The notes beneath the pieces are model-generated. The model did no database searches. It was not told the DNA's origin and saw nothing but the letters and a program-made list of their open reading frames with translations. The position numbers and the translations under genes are program-made. A stretch of DNA of 49,149 nt from Clostridia bacterium. Its GTDB lineage: Bacteria > Bacillota > Clostridia > Oscillospirales > CAG-272. This document shows, in pieces, positions 27,240-36,714 of this stretch. Numbering within the stretch: the first letter of the stretch is position 1; every line of letters begins with the position of its first letter. The DNA lies in contig JAFVYN010000175.1 of NCBI GenBank assembly GCA_017508605.1, positions 1 to 49,149 on the forward strand. Reading direction: 5' to 3'.

Positions 27240-27619
27240 AAGTGCTGACACCCGATGAGATCATACGACTGCACAGGCTTCTTTCCGAGAGGGAAGGGAC
27301 CGAGGGCGGCCTTCGGGACAGAGGACTTCTCGAGTCGGCGGCATATGCCCCGAACGCCGCCTTCGGCGGTGTGGAATGCTACCCCACCGTTCCCGAAAAG
27401 GCGGCAAGGCTCTTTTATTCGCTGACGAAGAACCATCCCTTTGCCGACGGCAACAAGCGGATCGGACTGTTGGCGGCGCTGGTCATGCTGAAGCAAAACG
27501 GCATTCCGTTTGCGGCAAGCGATCGCGAGCTGGTGGAACTGACGCTTGCCCTTGCCTCGGGAAAGGCGTCATATGAGGACGTTCTTTCTTTTCTGAAGGA
27601 TCATATTCCGAACGGATAA
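27236..27619 (+). CDS. doc: Death-on-curing (Doc/Fic family) toxin
   Basis: GLRDRGLLESA, YP...KAARL, NHPFADGNKRIG (Doc-type motif with Lys). Confidence 0.92.
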   Translation: MKVLTPDEIIRLHRLLSEREGTEGGLRDRGLLESAAYAPNAAFGGVECYPTVPEKAARLFYSLTKNHPFADGNKRIGLLAALVMLKQNGIPFAASDRELVELTLALASGKASYEDVLSFLKDHIPNG

Positions 27620-27692
27620 CCGAAAATAAACTCGAATACAGTATGAACAAAATCGAGAAAATGTGAATTCAATGTAAATATAATGAACATGA

Positions 27693-27745
27693 TGTAACAG
27701 ATATGTTAAGAAATACTTGACAAATGCGGAAAAATATGATAAACT
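27693..27745 (+). promoter_or_regulatory. WalR/OmpR-type direct-repeat box plus sigmaA promoter of the first SipW-signal gene
   Basis: TGTAAC-N5-TGTTAA (27693-27709), 7 nt, TTGACA-17 nt-TAAACT with TG extension. Confidence 0.7.
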
Positions 27746-27797
27746 TTAGCTGTATCGGTATCTCTGCCGATCAACATTTTCAGAAAGGATGAAAGAG

Positions 27798-29453
27798 ATG
27801 AAAAAGAAGATTATTCTCTCCTCGATTCTGTCGATCGTGCTTTGCCTCAGTCTGATCGCAGGATCAACCTTCGCGCTCTTCACCTCGACGTCGAAGGTAA
27901 GTATCGCCGTCAACTCCGCTAAGGTCGAAGTCATCGCCTCCATCAGCGATCTCAAGACCTATTCGCTTGAAGTTGAGCAGGCAGTCGGCACGTTTGAAAA
28001 CGGCGGTTCCGCTACCATTACGGCGGATCAGACCCTCGTTCTCAACAACATCACCCCCGGCGATAAGGCAACCTTTAATGTTGCGATCGCCAACAACAGC
28101 AACGTTCAAACCGCATACCGCATCAGAACCTATACCGAAGGCGGTCTTGCAGGCGGTCTTGTTTCGACGGTTACCGTTGACGGTACCGACATCAAGCTGA
28201 CCGGCATTGACGCTCTCACCCCTTGGTATGAGCTTCCCGCTACCGGCGCAAACGTTCCCGTTTCGATCGCGCTTCCTGTTGAAGCAGGCAACGAATATCA
28301 GGAACAGACCGCATCCGTTACCGTGGTTGTTGAAGCAATCCAGGGCAATGGCAAGGGTACGCTTTACGTAGGTGAAAAGGGCTTTGATAACTGGACCGAC
28401 GCGATTGCCGCCGCAGGCGCAAACGGAACCGTCAAGGTTTCGGGTACGGTCGAGCTTCCCCAGAACACCGCTGATCTCGACGGTCTTACCATCGTTGGTC
28501 TTGACTATGCTACCGTAAGCTTCAAGAGCAATCTCAAGGGTTCGATCACCTTCAAGAATATTACGGTATCGAGTGCGATCAACCTCAACATGGGTGCCGG
28601 TGAAACCGTTACCTTTGAAAACTGCACCTTCCTCGGCAAGGTCGGTAATATCTATCAGGGTGTTGTTGCCAACATCGTTCTCAAGAACTGCGTGTTCAAG
28701 AACAGCCTTCATCTTGACAACCCCGTCGATGGCTCCACCTTTGAAATGGATGGCTGCGAGTTCTATCCCACTGCGTTCTTCAAGCTCGGCGCAGGCTTTG
28801 TGACTACTACCGTCAAGAACACCACCTTCAGCGCAGTTCCCGCATCGGCTTCGATCTGGAGCGTTAAGGGTATTATTTCCTACAACCCCATCAGCTTTGA
28901 AAATTGCGAATTCAACAACCGTCTCGTGCTTGTCGGCGCTCAGGGTATGGCAGCGAACTTCACGAACTGCACCATGAACGGCGGTAAAGACGTATTCTTC
29001 GATAACGGCGCTGACGATATCATCGGCGGCGGCAACGTTCCCACCGTTACCATCAACGGCAAAACGATCGTTCTCGATCCCGTTGTTGGCGACAGCGTTG
29101 GCGAAACCTATGAGGGCGAGCTTTTTGACAATCTCAGCGACGCGCTGATCCTTCAGAACAAGACGCTTACGGGCAACGCTACCATTACCGCAAAGCGCGT
29201 CTATAAAACCGTCGTTCTTGAGGATGTCGTTGCCAACGTCAACGGCAATCTTGTGACCTCCGAAACTGATAACACCATCGTTCTTCATGATTGCGACATC
29301 ACCCTTCCCGCGGGTGCCAAGCTGATCGTCGCGACAAACGGTGCTACCATCGGTCAGGTCATGATGCACAACGTTACGGTAAACGGCGTACTTCTGACTC
29401 AGGCAACCGCCGCTCAGTATCTTGAGGGTGTTAACTGGTACCAGGTCTGGTAA
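27798..29453 (+). CDS. SipW-dependent signal peptide protein (TasA/CalY-like N-domain) with beta-helix-like repeats
   Basis: Signal ...LIAGSTFALFTS, NITPGD, GNEYQ; repeated F.NC.F motifs; start 27798 chosen by alignment with the paralog. Confidence 0.82.
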   Translation: MKKKIILSSILSIVLCLSLIAGSTFALFTSTSKVSIAVNSAKVEVIASISDLKTYSLEVEQAVGTFENGGSATITADQTLVLNNITPGDKATFNVAIANNSNVQTAYRIRTYTEGGLAGGLVSTVTVDGTDIKLTGIDALTPWYELPATGANVPVSIALPVEAGNEYQEQTASVTVVVEAIQGNGKGTLYVGEKGFDNWTDAIAAAGANGTVKVSGTVELPQNTADLDGLTIVGLDYATVSFKSNLKGSITFKNITVSSAINLNMGAGETVTFENCTFLGKVGNIYQGVVANIVLKNCVFKNSLHLDNPVDGSTFEMDGCEFYPTAFFKLGAGFVTTTVKNTTFSAVPASASIWSVKGIISYNPISFENCEFNNRLVLVGAQGMAANFTNCTMNGGKDVFFDNGADDIIGGGNVPTVTINGKTIVLDPVVGDSVGETYEGELFDNLSDALILQNKTLTGNATITAKRVYKTVVLEDVVANVNGNLVTSETDNTIVLHDCDITLPAGAKLIVATNGATIGQVMMHNVTVNGVLLTQATAAQYLEGVNWYQVW

Positions 29454-29512
29454 TTGTCAGCGCCTGTGTCGGTCATTTGTCCGATCAGCCGCTTTGCACG
29501 GATTCTATCATC

Positions 29513-29551
29513 AAAAAGACAGAGGGTCACAATGATCCTCTGTCTTTTTTT
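29513..29551 (+). terminator. Intrinsic terminator
   Basis: AAAAAGACAGAGGGTCA-caa-TGATCCTCTGTC-T7. Confidence 0.85.
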
Positions 29552-29668
29552 GCTTACAGGGTGGGAAAACGTATGAATCAGGGTTCACGGGTCAGAAAAC
29601 AGTCAAAAGAGCAAAAATATTAAGAAAATAAAAACTTTATGAATCAATTATGAAAAAAACGAACGCTT

Positions 29669-29721
29669 TGTAAAGCAAATGTAAAGAAAGACTTGACAAG
29701 GTCATAGAAAAATGATATACT
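29669..29721 (+). promoter_or_regulatory. WalR/OmpR-type direct-repeat box plus sigmaA promoter of the second SipW-signal gene
   Basis: TGTAAA-N5-TGTAAA (29669-29685), 7 nt, TTGACA-17 nt-TATACT with TG extension. Confidence 0.72.
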
Positions 29722-29775
29722 TACATCTGTATCGGCATCTTTGCCGAACAACATTATTAGAAAGGACGAAAAGAG

Positions 29776-31734
29776 ATGAAAAAGAAAATTATTCTCTCGT
29801 CGATTCTGTCGATCGTGCTTTGTCTTAGCCTGATCGCAGGATCTACCTTCGCGCTCTTTACTTCGACGTCGAAGGTAAACATCGCCGTTAACTCGGCAAA
29901 GGTTGACGTTCAGGCTGTGATCGGCAACATCGAGCTTTACTCCCTCGACGTTCTCCAGCCCGGCATGACCTTTGAAAACGGCGGTACTGCCGCAGTTGTG
30001 GGCTCTGACATCACCCTCACCAACATCACCCCCGGTGACGCTGTCAAGTTCCCCATCACCGCAGACAACAAATCCACCGTTAAGATCAAGTACAGTGTTA
30101 CCGTTCACGCGGAAGGCCCTCTGGCTCCCCATCTGAACGCGACTGTTACGATCGGTTCGACCGAATACGCGCTCGAGCCCGGTACGGCAACCACTCCCTG
30201 GACCACCGTTCTTCCCGGTGAAGCCATTGATACCGTAAACGTCAAGATCCTTCTTCCCGTTGAATTCGAAGATCAGTCCCTCGAAACGGCAAAGATCTCG
30301 GTTACGCTGAACGCAATTCAGTTCAACGGCAGAGAGGAATCCACCGTTACCCTCAACGGCTACGGCTATGACACGCTTGAAGAGGCTCTCGCGGCTGCTA
30401 AGGGCGGCGAGACCATCGTGATCAGCACCAACCAGGATGTGATCGGCGCAGCCGGTACCAGCCAGGTTCGTGACTTCAAGGGTGTTACCATTACCTCGGA
30501 TAACAACTCGACGGTTACCTTCAAGAACGTTGCCGGCAGCAATTCGACCGGCACCTGCTCGATCGCTAACCTCAACATGAAGGACGTTACCTTCGTTGAC
30601 GAGACCTTCTACACCGGTGAAAACGGCGAAAACGCTTGGGAATTCACTTATTTTGAGATCGCAGGCAACAATAAGTTCGAAAACGTAGTCTTCACCGACG
30701 GTATCTTCGTGGAAGACGGTCATTCCGATTTCGTTGACTGCTCCTTCATCGGTCACAACAACGACTCTTCGGCATACGGCAACGGAACTATGTACGGCGC
30801 ATGGGTATATTCCGGCTCTGCAACCTTCACCGGTTGTGATTTCACCGGCACCCGCGGTCTTAAGGTTGCTGATATGTATGCCGGTTCCGACGTTACCGAA
30901 GTCATCGTCGATGACTGCTTCTTCGGTCCTCTCTCCGAAAAGCCCGGTATCGCTGTTGACAACCGCAAGGGCAAGCTCAACCTCGTGATCAACAACTCCA
31001 CCTTCGCAGGCACACAGCCCGGCGACGGCGAGACGAACTCCGACAACGGCGTTCCTTACATTTATGAAAATGACAACAGAACCCCCGCTGACACCACCAT
31101 CACCGTTACCGGTGAGAAGGTCGTGAAGGCAGCGGCTTCTCAGACAGAGATCAATACCGCGGCTACTACCAAGGATGAGGTCGTTGTTCTCGGTGCGGGC
31201 AGCTGGACGCTTCCCGGTCTTGCTGAAGGCGTAACGATCATCGGTGAAGACGGCGCCAAGGTTACCTCGACTCTCAGCGGTACTCTGAACAACACGACCA
31301 TCAAGAATATTACCTTTGAGGGCGCAAACGCACAGCGTTGGGCATATTCGAGAGGAACTCTCGTGTTTGAAAACTGCGAATTCATCGCGACCAGTGTTTA
31401 CGCGATCCACTATGACGGTCTGAACAATGCGAACATCACTTACAAGAATTGTAAGATCGTTGGTTGGGTTGCGATCGGCAGCGGTGCTGAGCACGTTACC
31501 TTCGAGGGCTGTGAGATCTATGGCAACGGCGCGTACGGCGTTATCCGTCTCTACTCCGAAGGCACGATCAAGGATTGCACCTTCGACGTTTCTGCCGTTA
31601 ATCCTACCGACGTTTTTCAGGACGGTATCCACGCCGTTGACTGCAATATTGACGTGATCAACTGCACCAACGTAAACGGCGCGATTGACGACATCTTCAA
31701 TATTTCCGGTACCGGTACCATTACCAAGAAGTAA
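29776..31734 (+). CDS. SipW-dependent signal peptide protein, paralog, with beta-helix-like repeats
   Basis: First ~34 aa identical to the 27798 gene; NITPGD; YDTLEEALAAA; F.GC.F / F.NC.F repeats. Confidence 0.82.
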   Translation: MKKKIILSSILSIVLCLSLIAGSTFALFTSTSKVNIAVNSAKVDVQAVIGNIELYSLDVLQPGMTFENGGTAAVVGSDITLTNITPGDAVKFPITADNKSTVKIKYSVTVHAEGPLAPHLNATVTIGSTEYALEPGTATTPWTTVLPGEAIDTVNVKILLPVEFEDQSLETAKISVTLNAIQFNGREESTVTLNGYGYDTLEEALAAAKGGETIVISTNQDVIGAAGTSQVRDFKGVTITSDNNSTVTFKNVAGSNSTGTCSIANLNMKDVTFVDETFYTGENGENAWEFTYFEIAGNNKFENVVFTDGIFVEDGHSDFVDCSFIGHNNDSSAYGNGTMYGAWVYSGSATFTGCDFTGTRGLKVADMYAGSDVTEVIVDDCFFGPLSEKPGIAVDNRKGKLNLVINNSTFAGTQPGDGETNSDNGVPYIYENDNRTPADTTITVTGEKVVKAAASQTEINTAATTKDEVVVLGAGSWTLPGLAEGVTIIGEDGAKVTSTLSGTLNNTTIKNITFEGANAQRWAYSRGTLVFENCEFIATSVYAIHYDGLNNANITYKNCKIVGWVAIGSGAEHVTFEGCEIYGNGAYGVIRLYSEGTIKDCTFDVSAVNPTDVFQDGIHAVDCNIDVINCTNVNGAIDDIFNISGTGTITKK

Positions 31735-31776
31735 GAAACCGAAAAAACGGATGTAAACGATTCCGCTTATATACCC

Positions 31777-31814
31777 AAAAGGGGCAGAGAACCGCTTGGT
31801 TCTCTGCCTCTTTT
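31777..31814 (+). terminator. Intrinsic terminator
   Basis: AAAAGGGGCAGAGAACC-gctt-GGTTCTCTGCCTCTTTT. Confidence 0.8.
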
Positions 31815-31906
31815 GCTATTGGGCGGGGCTTGTCAAAAAAGCACAAATTATCATGTATCAAAATGATATTTTTGCAAAAAACTACAATTCGAATCGAAAA
31901 GAATTC

Positions 31907-31935
31907 TTGACAATGGGCATAATTCATTATATAAT
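31907..31935 (+). promoter_or_regulatory. SigmaA promoter of the rnf operon
   Basis: TTGACA-17 nt-TATAAT, perfect consensus. Confidence 0.85.
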
Positions 31936-32004
31936 AAAATCGGTGCAGTCTCACAAGGTGACATCGCTTTGTACTGCAATCCTTCCGTAATGAAAGGTAG
32001 AAAC

Positions 32005-33318
32005 ATGATGAAGTTTTCTCTTCCCGGAGTTCACGTGCCTCACAGAAAGCACACTGCTTCTTCTGTGGGTGAGAGAATTCCTACGCCCCAAACGGTCACG
32101 ATCCCGACCGCCATGCACATCGGTAAGCCCGCAAGGCTTCTTGTGAAGGTGGGAGACACGGTGTTCGTCGGCACAAAGATCGCGGAGGCTGACGGCGCGG
32201 TTTCCTCGGTGATCCATGCCTCGGTTTCGGGAACCGTTACTAAAATATACGATATGCTCCAGTCAAACGGCAGAACGGTGCCTGCCGCCGTGATCACCTC
32301 GGACGGCAATATGACACCCGACCCCTCGCTCGCTCCTCGTACGGTATCCTCCCGTGAGGAGCTGATCGCCGCCATCAGGGAAAGCGGCGTTGTCGGTCTT
32401 GGCGGCGCGGGTTTCCCGACACACGTGAAGTTCAGCGTTCCCGAGGACGCCATCGAGGAGCTTGTGATCAACGGCGCGGAATGTGAGCCGTATATCACGA
32501 GCGACACCGTCACCATGCTGACGAGAGCCGACGAGATGGCATACGCGATCTCTCAGCTCAGGACCTATTATCAGATCAAGCGCGTTGTGATCGGCATTGA
32601 AAAGAACAAGCCCGAGGCGATCGCCTCGATGCAGAAGATGGCAGCGTCCCTTGAGGGCGTGGAAGTGAAGGTACTGCCCTCGCTCTATCCCCAGGGCGGT
32701 GAAAAGGTGTTGGTCTATCACACCGTCGGCAAGGTCATTCCGATGGGCAAATTGCCCCTTGACGTGGGTTGCGTCGTGGTGAACGTGACCACCCTTGCCG
32801 CCATCGGCAGATATCTCATGACGGGCATGCCCCTTGTCGAAAAATGTCTGACCGTCGACGGCGGTGCGGTGAAGAAGCCGCAAAACGTGATCGCGCCCAT
32901 CGGCACGCCCCTTTCCGAGGTCTTTGCGTTCTGCGAGGGCTTTTCGTCAGAACCCGCCAAGCTTCTCTACGGCGGACCGATGATGGGCGTTGCGCTCAGC
33001 GATATGTCAGCTCCCGTTCTGAAAAACACCAACGCGATCCTCGCTCTGACCGCCAAGGAAGCGAAGCTTCCGAAGACCACGGCGTGTATCCGCTGCGGTG
33101 CCTGTACCAATCACTGTCCCTTCGGGCTGAATCCCGCCGCCCTGGAGCGCGCTTATGAGCGCCGCGATGCCGAGGCGCTCGACAGCCTGTGTGTTACGCT
33201 CTGTATGGAGTGCGGCTGCTGCAGCTTCAACTGCCCCGCCAACCGTCCTCTCGTGCAGACCCATAAGCTCGCCAAGGTATTTTTGCGCGATGCCAAAAGC
33301 AAGGAGGCGAAATCATGA
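32005..33318 (+). CDS. rnfC: Rnf complex subunit C
   Basis: HASVSG, GVVGLGGAGFPTHVK, NGAECEPYITSD, YPQGGEK, GGPMMG, CIRCGAC..CP and CMECGCC..CP. Confidence 0.96.
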   Translation: MMKFSLPGVHVPHRKHTASSVGERIPTPQTVTIPTAMHIGKPARLLVKVGDTVFVGTKIAEADGAVSSVIHASVSGTVTKIYDMLQSNGRTVPAAVITSDGNMTPDPSLAPRTVSSREELIAAIRESGVVGLGGAGFPTHVKFSVPEDAIEELVINGAECEPYITSDTVTMLTRADEMAYAISQLRTYYQIKRVVIGIEKNKPEAIASMQKMAASLEGVEVKVLPSLYPQGGEKVLVYHTVGKVIPMGKLPLDVGCVVVNVTTLAAIGRYLMTGMPLVEKCLTVDGGAVKKPQNVIAPIGTPLSEVFAFCEGFSSEPAKLLYGGPMMGVALSDMSAPVLKNTNAILALTAKEAKLPKTTACIRCGACTNHCPFGLNPAALERAYERRDAEALDSLCVTLCMECGCCSFNCPANRPLVQTHKLAKVFLRDAKSKEAKS

Positions 33319-34244
33319 GTCAGCTTCACGTATCGGCGTCCCCCCATATCCATTCGGGCAATTCCACAAGCGGCATCATGCGTGACGTACTGATCGCCCT
33401 TCTTCCCACAACGCTTGCCGGTGTGATCATTTTCGGCTGGCGCGCTCTTCTTGTGCTTCTTGTTTCTGTTGGCTCAGCCGTGGGCTTTGAAGCGCTCTGG
33501 CAGTGGCTTCTCAAGAAGGATCAGACGATTACCGATCTCTCCGCCGCTGTGACGGGTCTTCTGCTCGGACTGAATCTGCCCGCAAATATTCCGCTCTGGC
33601 AGGTCGTGATCGGCAATCTCTTTGCTATTATCGTGGTCAAGTGCCTCTTTGGCGGACTTGGCTGTAATCTTGTGAATCCCGCCATTACGGGACGCGTGTT
33701 CATGCTCGTTTCGTTTGGCTCTTTGGTCAAAAACGCCTTTCCCGTCGGTGTGGATGCTACCACCTCCGCCACCCCTCTCGGCACGCTTGCCGCGGGCGGC
33801 ACGGTATCCTATGCTGATCTCTTCCTCGGAAATGTGGGCGGCGCGATCGGTGAGACCTGCAAGCTTGCTCTTCTCATCGGATTTGTGTACCTTCTGGTGC
33901 GCCGTGTGATCACCTGGCATTTGCCCGTTGTTTTCATTGCCTCGTCCTTTGTTCTGACCTTCCTTTTCAACGGCTTTGATCTCAACGCGGCGGCGCTGAT
34001 GACTCTTTCGGGCGGTCTTTTCATCGGTGCGATCTTCATGGCGACCGACTACGTAACCTCACCTGCCACGGCATGGGGCAAGGTGGTCTTCGCCGTTGGT
34101 GCGGCGCTTATCACCGTCATGGTCCGTCTTTGGGGCAATTATCCCGAGGGCGTTTCCTACGGTATTCTTCTCATGAATATTCTGACACCTTATATTGAAA
34201 CGTGGACACGTCACAAACGGTTCGGGGAGGTGAAAAAGGCGTGA
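33315..34244 (+). CDS. rnfD: Rnf complex subunit D
   Basis: SPHIH, FGGLG.N..NPA, DATTSATPL (FMN site), GAIGET, FMATDYVTSP, YPEGVS. Confidence 0.96.
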   Translation: MSQLHVSASPHIHSGNSTSGIMRDVLIALLPTTLAGVIIFGWRALLVLLVSVGSAVGFEALWQWLLKKDQTITDLSAAVTGLLLGLNLPANIPLWQVVIGNLFAIIVVKCLFGGLGCNLVNPAITGRVFMLVSFGSLVKNAFPVGVDATTSATPLGTLAAGGTVSYADLFLGNVGGAIGETCKLALLIGFVYLLVRRVITWHLPVVFIASSFVLTFLFNGFDLNAAALMTLSGGLFIGAIFMATDYVTSPATAWGKVVFAVGAALITVMVRLWGNYPEGVSYGILLMNILTPYIETWTRHKRFGEVKKA

Positions 34245-35407
34245 AAGCTGCTTACAAAAACGTGCTTGCCCTCTCGATCATCTCGGCAATCGTGGCGATC
34301 CTGATGGCGATCACCAATTATATCACCGCTCCCATCATCAAGGAAAACGAGGATAATGCCGCCAACGAAGCGCTTACGGTCGTCATGCCCGACGGCGGCA
34401 GCTTTACGGCGCTGGATCTTTCGTCCTACTCGTTGCCCAAAACCGTGACCGATGCCTATGCGGCATCGAATGGAGGCTACGTGATCAAGCTTTCGACCAC
34501 GGGCTATGCCTCAAACATGGTCATTCTCTGCGGCGTTGCCTCTGACGGCAGTGTCACGGGCGCGACCTGCCTTTCAAGCGGCGAAACGCTTGGCTACGAA
34601 AAAACCTACGGCGACAATTTCAAGGGCCTTTCTCTCGAAGGCGTCGCGAGTGTGGATACGATCTCCTCGGCGACCAAGACCACCTCGGCTTACCGTCAGG
34701 CGGTAAGTGACGCGATCAATGCCGCTACCATTCTTTCGGGCGGCTCTGTCGATCTGCGCGATGAGGAGACCATTCTCCGTGATGCAATGACCGAGCTTCT
34801 CCCCGCCTCCAAGGGCGAATTCACCCGTGTGGTGATCGCGGAATACCTTGAGGGTCTGACAGCGATCTACGAAGCCGGAAACGGCGCGGGTACGGTCTTC
34901 CACTTCGGCGATACCATGCTGGCGCTGACGTCCGACGGCACGGTCATCGGCGATGCCGATGACACCCTGAAGGCTTCGCTTGTCAGCTACGGCGAGCAGA
35001 TGGCGTCCACCAAGTTCACACAGGTTGAGATCGGCTCGCTCGGTCTCAATAAGGCGATCCAATCGGTAGAAAAGACCGAAAGCGGCAACTATCAGATCTA
35101 CGTCAGTGTGGACGGCTACTCGATGCAGGAGCATCCCAGCTGGGGCGCGCCCATCGTCATCATGCTGTCTGTCACGAAGGACGGCGTGATCCTCGACTGC
35201 TATACCGTATCTCACAAGGAGACCGAGGGCTTCGGCGCGGCTTGTGAGGACGATGACTTCACCTCGCAGTTCATCGGCAAGACCGATGGCACTTACCGTG
35301 AGATCGACGGCATTTCGGGTGCGACCAAGACCACGAATGCCTATCTGCGCGGCATCAAGCTTTGTTATGAAGCACTGAGTATTCTGGAAGGAGGCACGGC
35401 TGAATGA
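34241..35407 (+). CDS. rnfG: Rnf complex subunit G with two FMN-binding domains
   Basis: N-terminal TM; ETLG...DTISSATKTT and ETEG...DGISGATKTT; GTG 34241 behind GGAGG, overlapping the rnfD stop. Confidence 0.88.
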   Translation: MKAAYKNVLALSIISAIVAILMAITNYITAPIIKENEDNAANEALTVVMPDGGSFTALDLSSYSLPKTVTDAYAASNGGYVIKLSTTGYASNMVILCGVASDGSVTGATCLSSGETLGYEKTYGDNFKGLSLEGVASVDTISSATKTTSAYRQAVSDAINAATILSGGSVDLRDEETILRDAMTELLPASKGEFTRVVIAEYLEGLTAIYEAGNGAGTVFHFGDTMLALTSDGTVIGDADDTLKASLVSYGEQMASTKFTQVEIGSLGLNKAIQSVEKTESGNYQIYVSVDGYSMQEHPSWGAPIVIMLSVTKDGVILDCYTVSHKETEGFGAACEDDDFTSQFIGKTDGTYREIDGISGATKTTNAYLRGIKLCYEALSILEGGTAE

Positions 35408-36105
35408 AGAAGAATTCCTCTCTTTCGATCATTCTGAAGGGTATTCTCTTTGAAAACCCTGTCTTCATCCTGGTTCTCGGCACGTGTCCGACGCTTGCGA
35501 CCACCACGGGTGTCGTGGGGGCTGTCAGCATGGGTCTTGCCGCCATGGCGGTGCTGATCTGCTCGAATTTCGTGATCTCCCTTCTTCGCAAGCTCATTCC
35601 CGACACGGTGCGCATCCCCTGTTATATCATCATTATCGCGGGCTTTGTCACCATCGTGGAAATGCTCATCCACGCCTTTTTGCCCGATATTTACGAAATG
35701 CTCGGCGTGTATCTCGCGCTCATCACTGTCAACTGCATCATCCTCGGCAGAGCTGAGATGTTTGCCAGCAAGAATTCTGTGGGCAAGAGCGTTCTCGACG
35801 GCGTGGGCATGGGACTTGGCTTTACGGCGGCACTTTTCATGATCTCCACCGTGCGTGAGGTTCTGGGCGCGGCATCCTTTGCGGGCATTCCGATCACCTT
35901 CCTTGAGCCTTATAAGATCGAGATCTTCGTCAAAGCCCCCGGCGGTATGCTGGTCTACGGCTTTATGATCGCCCTTGTTTTTGTGATCACACAGGGCAAG
36001 GGTCCCAAAAAGAAGTCCTTCTCCTGCGAGGGCTGTCCCTCGGCATCGCTTTGCCGTAAGGGTCAGACGGGTGAGGGCTGTGATTCTCAGAAGGAGGTGG
36101 CATAA
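35404..36105 (+). CDS. rnfE: Rnf complex subunit E
   Basis: ENP...LGTCPTLATT, VRIP, LITVNCIILGRAE; Cys-rich tail. Confidence 0.95.
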   Translation: MKKNSSLSIILKGILFENPVFILVLGTCPTLATTTGVVGAVSMGLAAMAVLICSNFVISLLRKLIPDTVRIPCYIIIIAGFVTIVEMLIHAFLPDIYEMLGVYLALITVNCIILGRAEMFASKNSVGKSVLDGVGMGLGFTAALFMISTVREVLGAASFAGIPITFLEPYKIEIFVKAPGGMLVYGFMIALVFVITQGKGPKKKSFSCEGCPSASLCRKGQTGEGCDSQKEVA

Positions 36106-36705
36106 ATGACTCTTGTCAAGAGCTTACTTGTCATTCTTCTTTCCTCGGTTCTCGTCAATAACTACGTTCTGAGCCGTTTTCTCGGTATCTGCCCCTTCCT
36201 CGGCGCTTCGAAGAAATTCGATCAGGCATCGGGTATGGGTATTTCGGTCACCATCGTCATGCTGATCGCCACGGCGGTCACCTGGCCGATCCAGACCTTC
36301 ATTCTCGACCGCTTCGAGCTTGGCTATCTGCAGACCATCGTGTTCATTCTCGTCATCGCGGCTCTGGTGCAGATGATCGAGATCGTGCTTGGCAAAATTT
36401 CGCCCTCGCTTCATAAGAGCCTCGGCGTTTATCTGCCTCTGATCACCACCAACTGCGCCGTTCTCGGTGTGACGATCAACAATATCACCGACGGCTACAA
36501 TTTCCTTGAATCCATGGTATCCTCGCTCGGCGTCGGACTTGGCTTTATGCTTGCCATGATCCTCTTCTCGGGCATCCGCTCGCGCATTGAGGAATCGAAG
36601 ATCCCCACCCCCTTCAAGGGTCTTGCCTCCACGCTGATCGCCGCCTCCTTTATCTCGCTTGCCTTTTTCGGCTTTGCGGGGATCATTGACAACCTGTTTT
36701 CATAA
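36106..36705 (+). CDS. rnfA: Rnf complex subunit A
   Basis: NNYVL.RFLGICPF, LGVYLPLITTNCAVLG. Confidence 0.96.
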   Translation: MTLVKSLLVILLSSVLVNNYVLSRFLGICPFLGASKKFDQASGMGISVTIVMLIATAVTWPIQTFILDRFELGYLQTIVFILVIAALVQMIEIVLGKISPSLHKSLGVYLPLITTNCAVLGVTINNITDGYNFLESMVSSLGVGLGFMLAMILFSGIRSRIEESKIPTPFKGLASTLIAASFISLAFFGFAGIIDNLFS

Positions 36706-36714
36706 GGAGGGCAT

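Noticed and set aside
27864-31632. Long minus-strand ORFs of 501 and 662 aa
   Set aside because: Antisense shadows of the strongly codon-biased SipW-signal genes.
31830-31846. Rex-like site upstream of the rnf promoter (TTGTCAAAAAAGCACAA)
   Set aside because: One base short of the 18-bp spacing and mismatched; worth revisiting only if the A-run is under-called.
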